DNA of 32,000 nt from Microcystis aeruginosa NIES-843 (GTDB lineage Bacteria > Cyanobacteriota > Cyanobacteriia > Cyanobacteriales > Microcystaceae), in assembly GCF_000010625.1 (NCBI RefSeq), contig NC_010296.1:1890001-1922000 (forward strand), written 5' to 3'. Positions within the stretch are counted from its first letter, which is position 1; every line of letters starts with the position of its first letter. The notes under the pieces were generated by a model. The model did not search any database, was not told the DNA's origin, and saw only the letters and a program-made list of their open reading frames with translations. This document shows, piece by piece, positions 8,655 to 19,400 of this stretch. A program made the position numbers and the translations under genes.

Positions 8655-10134
8655 ATGAAAGGTAAAACTTTTGTGAAACCAAATCAAAAGTTAATGATCG
8701 GGTTAATAGTATTAGGCACAGGATTATTAGGAATAACCACCTTTTATAGTCTTTCCCAAGTCGCCCCCAAACCCGAAACCAAAACTCCTGTCATTGCGTC
8801 GCCCACACCGCAAAAAATCACCGCTTTAGGCAGAATTGAACCGAGGACAGAAATTATCAGCATATCTGCCCCGATGTTGCTTGATTCCGATCGAGTCAAG
8901 CAATTATTAGTCGATGAAGGAGATAGCGTCAAAACCGGACAAATAATCGCCATTCTCGAAAGTCGGGAAAGATTAGAGGATAACCTGCGACAGGCACAAG
9001 AACAGGTGAAAGTAGCCACAGCCAAACTAGAACAGGTGAAAGCTGGCGCAAAAGTCGGCGAAATCGATGCTAATGCCGCTAACGTGCGAAAAATCGAAGC
9101 ACAATGGTTAGGGGATCAAGCAACCCAACGGACAACCATCCAAAGATTAACAGCGCAATTAGAAGGGGATAGGGCTGCCCAAAAAGCGACAATTGCTAAA
9201 TTAGAAGCAGAATATCGCAATGCCAAAGCTGAATTCGATCGCTACGAAAAACTCTATCAAGAAGGGGCAATTTCCGCCTCTAGTTTTGATAGTAAAAGAC
9301 TGAATTTAGAAACCAGTAATCAACAACTAACAGAAGCAAAAGTTACCCTAGAGAGAATTGAAAGCACCGGTAAACAACAGATAGAAGAAGCCAAGACTAC
9401 CCTAGCCCGGATTGAATCCACCGGTCAACAGCAGATCAAAGAGGCCAAATCCACTTTAAATCAAGTCTCGGAAGTGCGGGGAGTTGATGTGCGGGCAGCC
9501 GAAGCGGAGGTAAATGCTGCCCTAGTTGCCGTTAAAAAAGCCCAAACCGAGTTAAATCAGGCTTATATTCGATCGCCAATTACCGGCAAAGTGATTAAAG
9601 TCAATACCCGTATCGGGGAACAAATCAGCGATCAAGGAATTGTTGACCTTGCTGAAACCGAGCGCATGGAAGTAATTGCCGAAATCTATCAAAGCGATAT
9701 CGGGAAAATTCGCTCTGGACAAACTGCCACGATTACCGGATCGGCGTTTAAGGGCGAAGTTAGGGGAAAAGTGCGCTTAATTGCTTTAAAAGTTGACCAA
9801 CAAAATATCTTCAGCAATCAACCGGGAGAAAACTGGTTCTTCGGTTTGTGTTATGCAATGGACGGGAGTTATAAGGGGTGAAACCCTTATATAGAAAGAC
9901 ATTGCTTCGATTTTTGCCAATTGTTTTCAATCTAGAACGAGCTAATCAATTAAGTCTCTTGCCATATAAGGATTTAGTCGATTTATGCCCCCCTATCGAA
10001 CCATAACAAGTAACGAAGAGCCAGAAAACTTTGATCGCAAAGTGATCTCTGTCCGCATTGCCTTAGATCGCGAAAACAGTGAAAAAGTGGCAGGTTTAAC
10101 CAATTCCCAAGTAACTGTAACTATCAATGAGTAG
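8655..10134 (+). pseudogene. devB: DevB-type membrane fusion protein (HlyD family), interrupted by a MITE
   Basis: N-terminal TM segment, a long coiled coil and a beta-barrel region. The track ORF ends at 9881 inside the MITE. Deleting 9835..10030 (196 nt) continues the frame: ...QPGENFDRKVISVRIALDRENSEKVAGLTNSQVTVTINE, with the stop at 10132-10134 (427 aa). Confidence 0.85.
9835..10022 (+). mobile_element. 188-bp MITE, copy 2 (same family and orientation as 2091..2278)
   Basis: Same termini (GGTTCTTCGGTT ... AAGTAACGAAGAGCC). An 8-bp target-site duplication AGAAAACT lies at 9827-9834 and 10023-10030. Confidence 0.9.
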
Positions 10135-11314
10135 GTTTTCCATGAAACTAACCCATCTATTCAAAAAAACGCCCCTATCTTGGTTACAGGTGACGCGAGA
10201 GAAAACCCGTTTGATCGTAGCTATTGCCGGGATTGCTTTTGCCGACTTCCTAATTTTCACGCAGTTGGGGTTTCGGGATGCCTTATTTGATGCTTCCGTT
10301 AAACCCCATTATGTCCTCAATGCGGATTTAGTCCTGATTAATCCCCAATTCAATACCCTCTTTGCTGTGAAAAGTTTCTCGCGCGATCGCTTGTACCAAG
10401 CTAAAAGAGTCGAGGGTATTCAATCTATAGCCTCAGTTTATATTGCTTCGGCCCAGTGGCGCAATCCCGAAACTGCCCTAGAAAGAACTACTTTAGTCTT
10501 TGGTTTTGATCCCAGTCAACGGGTTTTTACCCTCCCGGAAGTTAATCAAAAATCCAGTGATCTAAAGATGTTAAATCGCGTCTTGTACGATCAAGCAGGA
10601 AGGCCAGAATTCGGACCAATTGCCGATTTACTCCAGAAAAACCCCGATTTGACAGTTCAGTTAAATAAAAAAGAGGTACAGGTAGCGGGAATTTTTACCC
10701 TTGGTGCCTCCTTTGCTGCCGATAGTAACGTCATTAGCAGTGATTCTACCTTTTTAAGGCTCTTTCCCGAACGTCAACCCCACGAAATCGATATAGGACT
10801 GGTGAAACTGCAACCGGGGGCAAATATCGAAGCAGTTAAGGTCAATTTACAGGCACTTTTCCCTAAAAATGAAGTAATAGTCCTTACTTTAAAAGAATTT
10901 GCTGAAAAGGAAAAAACCTATTGGGCAAATGGTACAGCGATTGGTTTTATCTTTGGTTTAGGTGCAGTAGTCGGTTTTATCGTCGGTATCGTTATTGTCT
11001 ATCAGATTCTCTATTCCGATGTCACCGATCACTTACCCGAATACGCTACCCTAAAAGCTATGGGTTACGGTGATTGGTATTTAGTCGGGGTTTTGATGCA
11101 AGAGGCTTTATTACTAGCCGTTTTGGGGTATATACCCGGGTTTATCGTTTCTCTCGGTGTTTATCATCTCGCTTCCTCCGCTACACTTTTACCCATAGTG
11201 ATGACTACCGCTAGGGCGATCGAAGTTTTAATCCTAACAGTTATCATGTGTATTGCCTCTGGAATTGTCGCTATGGGCAAATTAAGGACAGCAGATCCAG
11301 CCGATATTTTTTAA
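10127..11314 (+). CDS. devC: DevC-type ABC exporter permease (FtsX/MacB-like)
   Basis: 395 aa. N-terminal TM segment, a large periplasmic domain and a C-terminal cluster of TM helices. The start overlaps the reconstructed devB stop. Confidence 0.8.
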   Translation: MSRFSMKLTHLFKKTPLSWLQVTREKTRLIVAIAGIAFADFLIFTQLGFRDALFDASVKPHYVLNADLVLINPQFNTLFAVKSFSRDRLYQAKRVEGIQSIASVYIASAQWRNPETALERTTLVFGFDPSQRVFTLPEVNQKSSDLKMLNRVLYDQAGRPEFGPIADLLQKNPDLTVQLNKKEVQVAGIFTLGASFAADSNVISSDSTFLRLFPERQPHEIDIGLVKLQPGANIEAVKVNLQALFPKNEVIVLTLKEFAEKEKTYWANGTAIGFIFGLGAVVGFIVGIVIVYQILYSDVTDHLPEYATLKAMGYGDWYLVGVLMQEALLLAVLGYIPGFIVSLGVYHLASSATLLPIVMTTARAIEVLILTVIMCIASGIVAMGKLRTADPADIF

Positions 11315-11332
11315 ACTATCAAGGGTGAAATA

Positions 11333-12052
11333 ATGCTGATTTTTCAAAAAGAGCGAGAATTAGAGGATTTTAGCCCTAATGAACCCGTAATTGCCATTAA
11401 AGGCTTAAATCACTATTTTGGCACGGGGGAATTAAAAAAACAGGTTTTATACGATATCGATCTGGAAATTAAAGCGGGGGAAGTAGTGATTATGACCGGT
11501 CCTTCGGGATCGGGGAAAACTACTTTATTGAGTTTACTGGGAGGTTTGCGATCGGCACAAGCGGGCAGTTTAAAAATTCTCGGCCAAGAAATGTTAGGAA
11601 TTGGTAAGGGCAAAATGCTGAAAATTCGCCGACAAATTGGCTATATTTTTCAAGCACATAATTTACTAAAATTCCTCACAGCGAAACAAAACGTAAGGAT
11701 GTCTTTGGAACTGCACGAGGAGTTTTTAGAACAAGATCTCGATCAAAAAGCGGCGGCAATTCTGGAGTCAGTGGGTTTAGGCAACCGCGTTGATTATTAT
11801 CCCCATGATCTATCAGGGGGACAAAAACAACGGGTTGCGATCGCTCGCGCCCTCGTCAGTCATCCCAAATTAGTCCTCGCCGATGAACCGACCGCGGCCT
11901 TAGATAAACAATCCGGGCGGGATGTGGTGGAAATCATGCAGAAATTGGCAAAAGAACAAGGTTGCACGATTTTACTTGTCACCCACGATAACCGGATTCT
12001 CGACATCGCCGATCGCATTGTCAATATGGAGGATGGTCGTTTAGGCGATTAA
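11333..12052 (+). CDS. devA: DevA-type ABC exporter ATP-binding protein
   Basis: Walker A GPSGSGKTT, ABC signature LSGGQKQRVAIARAL, Walker B LVLADEPT. Confidence 0.9.
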   Translation: MLIFQKERELEDFSPNEPVIAIKGLNHYFGTGELKKQVLYDIDLEIKAGEVVIMTGPSGSGKTTLLSLLGGLRSAQAGSLKILGQEMLGIGKGKMLKIRRQIGYIFQAHNLLKFLTAKQNVRMSLELHEEFLEQDLDQKAAAILESVGLGNRVDYYPHDLSGGQKQRVAIARALVSHPKLVLADEPTAALDKQSGRDVVEIMQKLAKEQGCTILLVTHDNRILDIADRIVNMEDGRLGD

Positions 12053-12113
12053 CTGCCCAAAAATTACTTGCCAAAAATTGGCCTTTCATGTTAGACTAAA
12101 ATAATGTCATCTT

Positions 12114-12205
12114 GGAGAGGTGGCAGAGTGGTCGAATGCGGCAGATTGCTAATCTGTTGTACGAATCGTAAGACCGTACCGAGGGTTCGAATCCCTCCCT
12201 CTCCG
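12114..12205 (+). tRNA. tRNA-Ser (anticodon GCU)
   Basis: Acceptor stem GGAGAGG/CCTCTCC. Anticodon stem GCAGA/TCTGT with loop TTGCTAA. Long class II variable arm. T-arm GAGGG-TTCGAAT-CCCTC. No encoded CCA. Track ORF 12104..12337 is an artefact. Confidence 0.85.
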
Positions 12206-12224
12206 TATTTTTTGGGTAGGTTCG

Positions 12225-13031
12225 ATGACTGCTCCCCAGGATTATTTCTGCTCCGTATATGGCCCGGTTGCCTCTTGGCGTTTCGGCAGTTCCCTGGGCA
12301 TCGATCCGATCGGTTTAGTTTCCACCTGTTCCTTTAACTGTGCCTACTGTCAGTTAGGAGAAATTGAGCAAAAAACCGAGCAGCGAAGAATTTTTATCAC
12401 CAGTGAACAAATTAGCAGGGATTTAAGCGCTTTTGCTCCTTGGGACGTGGATATAGTCACTCTCAGTGGTAGCGGGGAACCCACCCTCGCCCTCAATTTA
12501 GGGGAAATACTGGCCACCGTCAAGGAAATAACCAGGCGGCCGGTGGCGGTCTTAACCAATAGTACCCTCTTGGGAGATGACCGAGTGCGTCAAGACTTGA
12601 GCAAAGCTGATATCGTCGCCGCTAAAATCGATGCTGTTTCCGAGGCCCAATGGCGACGGGTTAACCGTCCGGTCTCCGGTCTGGATTGGCAGGAGCTTTG
12701 GTGGGGATTAAGACAATTTCGCCAAGAATGGTCGGGAAAACTAGCAATTCAAACCATGCTACTGGCCTCTTGGTCGCCCCAAGATCAAGACCGATACATC
12801 GATTTGATGCAACAGCTACAACCGGATGAAATTCAACTTAACACCCCGACCCGTCCCCGGGCCAGACAAAGACAATTAGAAACCCGCGGTAATAATCCCC
12901 TCACCGCTGCCGACGGAATGCAAATTCTCAAACCCGTAAACGCTGAAATATTGGCAATTTGGGCGCAAAAAATCGCCACGGCCACGGGAATTACCGTGCG
13001 CTGTGTGCCACTTACCGCCACAAGTCTCTAA
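12225..13031 (+). CDS. Radical SAM domain protein
   Basis: 268 aa with the CxxxCxxC cluster motif CSFNCAYCQ near the N-terminus. It starts 19 nt after the tRNA. Confidence 0.75.
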   Translation: MTAPQDYFCSVYGPVASWRFGSSLGIDPIGLVSTCSFNCAYCQLGEIEQKTEQRRIFITSEQISRDLSAFAPWDVDIVTLSGSGEPTLALNLGEILATVKEITRRPVAVLTNSTLLGDDRVRQDLSKADIVAAKIDAVSEAQWRRVNRPVSGLDWQELWWGLRQFRQEWSGKLAIQTMLLASWSPQDQDRYIDLMQQLQPDEIQLNTPTRPRARQRQLETRGNNPLTAADGMQILKPVNAEILAIWAQKIATATGITVRCVPLTATSL

Positions 13032-14902
13032 GGCTTCGGCCGGGGTTTTTCTTCTTTCGGCTTGACATTAAAATAAGCCTCCATTACCTGACGTACCATA
13101 GGTGCGGCCACTTTACCACCACCACCGCCAGAATGTTCCGCAAAGGCGACCACGACAATTTCGGGCTTGTCGAAGGGTGCGAAAGCTCCAAACCAAGCGT
13201 GGGACTTTCCGGGAGGTGCTTCTGCCGTGCCGCTTTTGCCCGCTACAGGCGGTAAAGCGGGGTCCGATAGGGCCCGCCCCGTTCCTTCCGCTACCACGGC
13301 TCTCAGGGACTTTCTCAGGGTGTCTAGGGTGCTAGGTTTCATGTTCAAAGATTTTCGCCATTCCTTAACATCGCGGGCATCCTGTAAAAGGTGCGGTTTC
13401 ACCAAAAAACCACCGTTAGCGGGGACAGCAAACATCACAGCTACCTGTAGGGGAGTCGCTAGGGTAAATCCTTGACCGATCGACATATTAATCGTATCCC
13501 CTACAGACCAATCCCAGTTTTTAAAATTACGCAGTTTCCAATCGCGATCGGCAATTAACCCCGGAGTTTCTTCCGCTAATTCTATCCCGGTTTTCTGACC
13601 GAAACCGTAGCGCCGAGCCGTGGCAATTAAAGTCGGTCCCCCCACCCCGCGACCAATTTGACCGTGAAAAGTGTTACTACTCATGGCCATAGCCCGGACA
13701 AAACCGATCGGACCAAAACCGGCGTGATTCCATTCTCCAAAAGCTGTCCCCCCCACATAAAGGGCGGCAAAGGTATTTAAGACCGTATTTGGCGGAAATT
13801 TCCCCGATTCCATGCCAGCAGTGGCAGTGACGACTTTAAAGGTGGAAGCGGGGGGGAATCCTTGGAGAGCGCGGTTAACAAACGGGTTGCCCTCCGCTTG
13901 CAGTTTTTTCCAAGTGGCGGTGGTAATTGGGGCCGAGAAAACATTGGGATCAAAACTAGGATAACTGACCATGGCCCGCACGGAACCATCCCGGGGATCG
14001 ATTGCCACGATCGCACCTTTGCGTTTTCCTAAAGCGGCCTCGGCGGCTTTTTGGAGTTTTAAATCTAGTGTCAGGGTGACATCTTGCCCCGGTTTAGCAA
14101 TTTTTTGGCCGAGAATTTGGATTACTTGTCCCGATCCGTTGACCTCTAACTGCATTCCTCCCCATTCTCCCCGCAATTTTGACTCGTAGGCGGCTTCCAC
14201 ACCCATTTTACCGACGACATCTCCCAACCGGTAGCCCTGGGGTCTTTTGGCTTTATATTCCTCCGGGGTTAGTTCCCCCGTATAACCGAGAATATGCGCC
14301 CCAATTTTACCATTGGGGTAGTAGCGCACTGATTCCACGTCCACTTCAATGCCGGTTAATTCGTCTTTGTATTCCTCTAGGGCGATAATTTGGCCTGGAG
14401 TTAAACCCCTAGCGATGCGGATCAGGGTGGAGGGGTTTTCGTCCGCTTCGTTAATGCGTTTTTCTAGGTCGCTTCTGGGAATGCCTAAAATACTGGCTAA
14501 ACGGTCAAGATTGAGTTTTTGGGCGGGATTACGCTGGGATTTGGGCCAAATATAGGCCGCATGGGTTAAGCGGGCCGTAGCCAAAACTTTGCCATTGCGA
14601 TCGAATAAGTTGCCCCGGACTGGGGGTTTGGGAATAATGCGAATCCGGTTATTTTCTGCCCTTTCTCGGTTAATTTGTCCTTGCTGCAGTTGTAAATATG
14701 CCAATCGTGAGCCGACTCCTCCTAGCAGGACAATGCTAATTAATCCCATAATTAGCCATGACTGACGCTGACGACCGACTAGACGCTCCTTATCTTTGAT
14801 TTTATTCTGTAATTTATTCGGCGCTGGCCGCGTCGGCGAGGTGAGCGGTTTTTTCGGTTTCAGTTTGACTTTGGTTTTTGATAGGAGTCCGCTATTACGC
14901 AT
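13028..14902 (-). CDS. mrdA: Penicillin-binding protein 2 (class B transpeptidase)
   Basis: 624 aa. N-terminal TM anchor, then the transpeptidase motifs STFK, SSN and KSGTA in the canonical order. Confidence 0.9.
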   Translation of the reverse strand: MRNSGLLSKTKVKLKPKKPLTSPTRPAPNKLQNKIKDKERLVGRQRQSWLIMGLISIVLLGGVGSRLAYLQLQQGQINRERAENNRIRIIPKPPVRGNLFDRNGKVLATARLTHAAYIWPKSQRNPAQKLNLDRLASILGIPRSDLEKRINEADENPSTLIRIARGLTPGQIIALEEYKDELTGIEVDVESVRYYPNGKIGAHILGYTGELTPEEYKAKRPQGYRLGDVVGKMGVEAAYESKLRGEWGGMQLEVNGSGQVIQILGQKIAKPGQDVTLTLDLKLQKAAEAALGKRKGAIVAIDPRDGSVRAMVSYPSFDPNVFSAPITTATWKKLQAEGNPFVNRALQGFPPASTFKVVTATAGMESGKFPPNTVLNTFAALYVGGTAFGEWNHAGFGPIGFVRAMAMSSNTFHGQIGRGVGGPTLIATARRYGFGQKTGIELAEETPGLIADRDWKLRNFKNWDWSVGDTINMSIGQGFTLATPLQVAVMFAVPANGGFLVKPHLLQDARDVKEWRKSLNMKPSTLDTLRKSLRAVVAEGTGRALSDPALPPVAGKSGTAEAPPGKSHAWFGAFAPFDKPEIVVVAFAEHSGGGGGKVAAPMVRQVMEAYFNVKPKEEKPRPKP

Positions 14903-14936
14903 TTGCTTAAAGTTAAAAATTTAAAAGTTATTAGGG

Positions 14937-14983
14937 CAGTTATCAGTTATCAGTCATCAGTTATCAGTTATCAGATTTGAGTT
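14937..14983. repeat. Heptamer tandem repeat (CAGTTAT)n followed by CAGATTTGAGTT
   Basis: CAGTTAT CAGTTAT CAGTCAT CAGTTAT CAGTTAT CAG ATTTGAGTT, read directly. The same module occurs inverted at 25855..25911, and a variant occurs at 29552..29620. Confidence 0.9.
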
Positions 14984-15295
14984 CTAAGTGAGTAGTATGT
15001 ATTAAGTGAGCAGTATTAAATAGTAGTTTGCCACTGTCTTTTCACTGTTTACTGCTTACTGAAAAGGACGCAATACTAGGTGATTTAGCTCCTCTGTTTA
15101 CTAAAGTTCAGGGTATCCGCAATATATCTTAACAAAATCGGAGTAAATACTGGGAGTGGAAGGAACCACTCCAGACACAGAGGACACAAAGATTGATCGC
15201 TTCTATAGTAAGTTAAAGAGAGCCTGGAAACTGGCGCAGACATATAGTTAAGAGTTTGTCAAGTGTTTCTTAACTATATCTAACATTATCCCTGT

Positions 15296-16480
<1,185 letters not shown>

Positions 16481-16488
16481 TTATCTCT

Positions 16489-19400
16489 ATGCCAGTCCTC
16501 ACCATCCGCGAAGAAGGAATTAACGATGGTGGCTTTACTGCTACTCTCAATTTTGATAGCGGTAACAGCTACCCAATTACGGTTACTGACCCCTTTACTA
16601 ACCAAGAAGAAAAACAACTAGAATGGTACTTTGAGGAATGGTTAGTATTTCCGACGCTAGACACGGATAAGGCGCAAAAAGCCGCCAACAGCGTCCAAAA
16701 CTATGGCGAAAACCTATTTAAACAGGTTTTCCAGAGTAATTTAAATGCTTATGGGGAATATCGAGACTTGCGAAAGCAGTTAAGTCAACTGCAAATTATC
16801 ATCGAAAGTCAGTCGCCAGAATTTCAAGCTTTACATTGGGAAGCGCTGAAAGATCCTGATTTACCGCGTCCTTTTTCTATAGATTGTATCATCTCCCGCC
16901 AGCGTCGAGGGGCTACAGTTGTCCCGGTGCAAATGGCCACTTATCCTACTATCAATCTTCTGGTGGTGATTGCGCGTCCTAATGAGGAATCTGATGTTAA
17001 CTATCGCACGATTTCCCGTCCTTTGGTAGAACTGGTAAATAGTAGTGAAATACCGGTAAAAATTGATATATTGCGTCCCGGAACTTATGAATCACTAACC
17101 AGACATCTGGATGAGAAGGGAGAAGGATACTATCATGTTATTCATTTCGATGTTCATGGCGGATTAATGGAATATGAACAGTACCAAAGACAGGTTCACG
17201 GGGATTCTTGGCGCTATCAAAGGGGATGGGGACTGGAGGATTTAGCAGAATATGAGGGAGTAAAAGCTTTTCTGTTTCTGGAAGGAGAAGAAAAAGGTCA
17301 AGCGACTCCGGTAGAAGCGACGGAATTAGCGAATTTACTCACTGGGAAAAATATCCCTATTTGTATTCTCAATGCTTGTCAGTCAGCAAAGCAAATTTCC
17401 CAGGAATCAGAAGACTATCGGGAAACCAGTTTAGGGAGTCGTTTGATGACTGCGGGAATGCAAGCTGTGGTGGCGATGGGATATTCGGTGACGGTTTCTG
17501 CAGCTAAGTTGATGATGAAACCAATTTATCAGCAATTATTGAACGGAAAAGACCTAACGGAAGCGATGCGAAAGGGACGGTTAGAGTTATTCAATAATAA
17601 GCAACGCCGCGCCTATTATAACACGAGAATAGATTTAGAAGATTGGTTATTACCGGTGATTTATTGTCGCGGTAAAATTAATCTCAATTTGCGTCCATTT
17701 ACTCCAGAAGAGGAGGAAAAATACTGGGAACATATCGGCAATCAATATGTCTTTCCTTTACCAGAATACGGCTTTGTGGGAAGGGATTTAGAAATTCTCA
17801 AGATGGAAAAGGCGCTGCTGAAACATAATATCCTTTTACTCAAAGGAATGGGAGGGACAGGAAAAACTACTTTACTCAATTATCTACGAGAATGGTGGCA
17901 GAAAACCAACTGGGCGACCCATATTTTCTATTTTGGTTATGATAGAAAAGCTTGGACGTTAGAACAGATTGTCCATGAAATTGGTCAGGGAATTTATAAT
18001 CGCTTTGAACAGGCGAGTTTCCAAGCGATGAACCTGAAAGCGCGGGTAAAGAAACTAGAGCAAAAACTCCGCAGTGAGGCGTATATTCTCATTTTAGATA
18101 ATCTGGAGTCGGTGACGGGACAACCGTTAGCAATTCAGAATACTTTACCGGAGAATGAAAGGGAAGCAATCGCCGAATTTCTCAAGAATTTGGTCGGGGG
18201 AAAAACGAAGGTGATTTTGGGTTCTCGCAGTGAGGAAACTTGGCTGCAACGCAGGACTTTTAAGGAGAATATCTATCAGTTACAAGGATTAGACCAAGAG
18301 TCGAGAACTGAATTAGCGGAGAGAATCTTAGAACGTCAGGCGAAGAGTCGGAAAAATGCGATTAAAAAGGATGATTATTTTAAACGTTTGATGAAGTTGT
18401 TGGCGGGATATCCGTTGGCGATGGAAGTGGTATTAGCGAATCTGAAGCGACAGTCACCGGAGGAGATTTGGCAAGGGTTACAGTTGGCGGAATTAGCTGA
18501 TGTGGGGGATGAGGATAAGACTAATAATATCATCAAGTGTGTGGAATATTCCCACAGTAATTTGTCGGAGGAGGCGCAGAAGTTGTTACTCTGTTTAGCA
18601 CCTTTTAGTGGGTTTATTCACAGGGGTGTTATTCCTATTTATAGCCAAAAACTACAGCAATTAGAACCTTTACAAGGCTATCAGTTTGATCAATTTGATG
18701 CAGCGATAGAAGAAGCGATTCATTGGGGTTTGCTTTCGCCGATGAGTGAAGAATTGCCGTATTTATTGACTATCCAGCCCATTTTTCCCTACTTCCTGAA
18801 GACGAAGTTAAAGGAATTAGCACCAGAGACACAAGCAGCAATTTGGGAGGGTTTTAAGAATCATTACCGAGACTTGGCAGGTTATTATGATACCTTACTA
18901 GATTCCAAAAATCCGCAGGAGAAGCAGTTAGGGATATTGTTCTGTCGCTGGGAGTATGAAAATCTGTTTAATGCGTTGCAAATCGCCCTCAATCAGCAAG
19001 AGAGCGTATTGACTATTATTAATTGCTTGCATAGTTATCTGGATTTAAACCAAGATACTCAGACTAATTTAAAGCTCCTAGAGTTCGTTCTCGAAACTTT
19101 TGAAAACTATCCCCCTGAAGCCAAACAAGGGCAGGTGGCAATAGAAATCATTGGTATAATTGACGAGGCAGGAAACAAATATTTACAAAGTAAAAATTAT
19201 CAGAAAGCGAAAGAGATTTACCAAAAAAGCCTTGAATTACTCAAGCCAATTAGTGAAAGTTACAGTCAATCTAAGCAATCTTTCCAAGCCATCACCCTGC
19301 ACAATTTGGGAATCGTAGCGCAAGAATTGAGGGAATGGGAACAGGCGCGACTCTACTTCCAGCAGGCTATTGAGATCTACATTGAATATGGGGATCGCTT

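Noticed and set aside
12104-12337. 77-aa ORF spanning the tRNA
   Set aside because: It covers tRNA-Ser and the start of the radical SAM gene out of frame.
13102-14555. Multiple plus-strand ORFs (13102..13335, 13167..13475, 13971..14189, 14179..14388, 14349..14555) and nested minus-strand ORF 13777..14016
   Set aside because: All overlap the well-supported PBP2 gene. They have Arg/Pro-rich compositions typical of off-frame translation.
15242-15279. 12-bp inverted repeat ATATAGTTAAGA/TCTTAACTATAT just after the ADH stop, considered as a terminator
   Set aside because: The stem is AT-rich with a 14-nt loop and has no following U-tract on the minus strand. The evidence is insufficient to call it a terminator.
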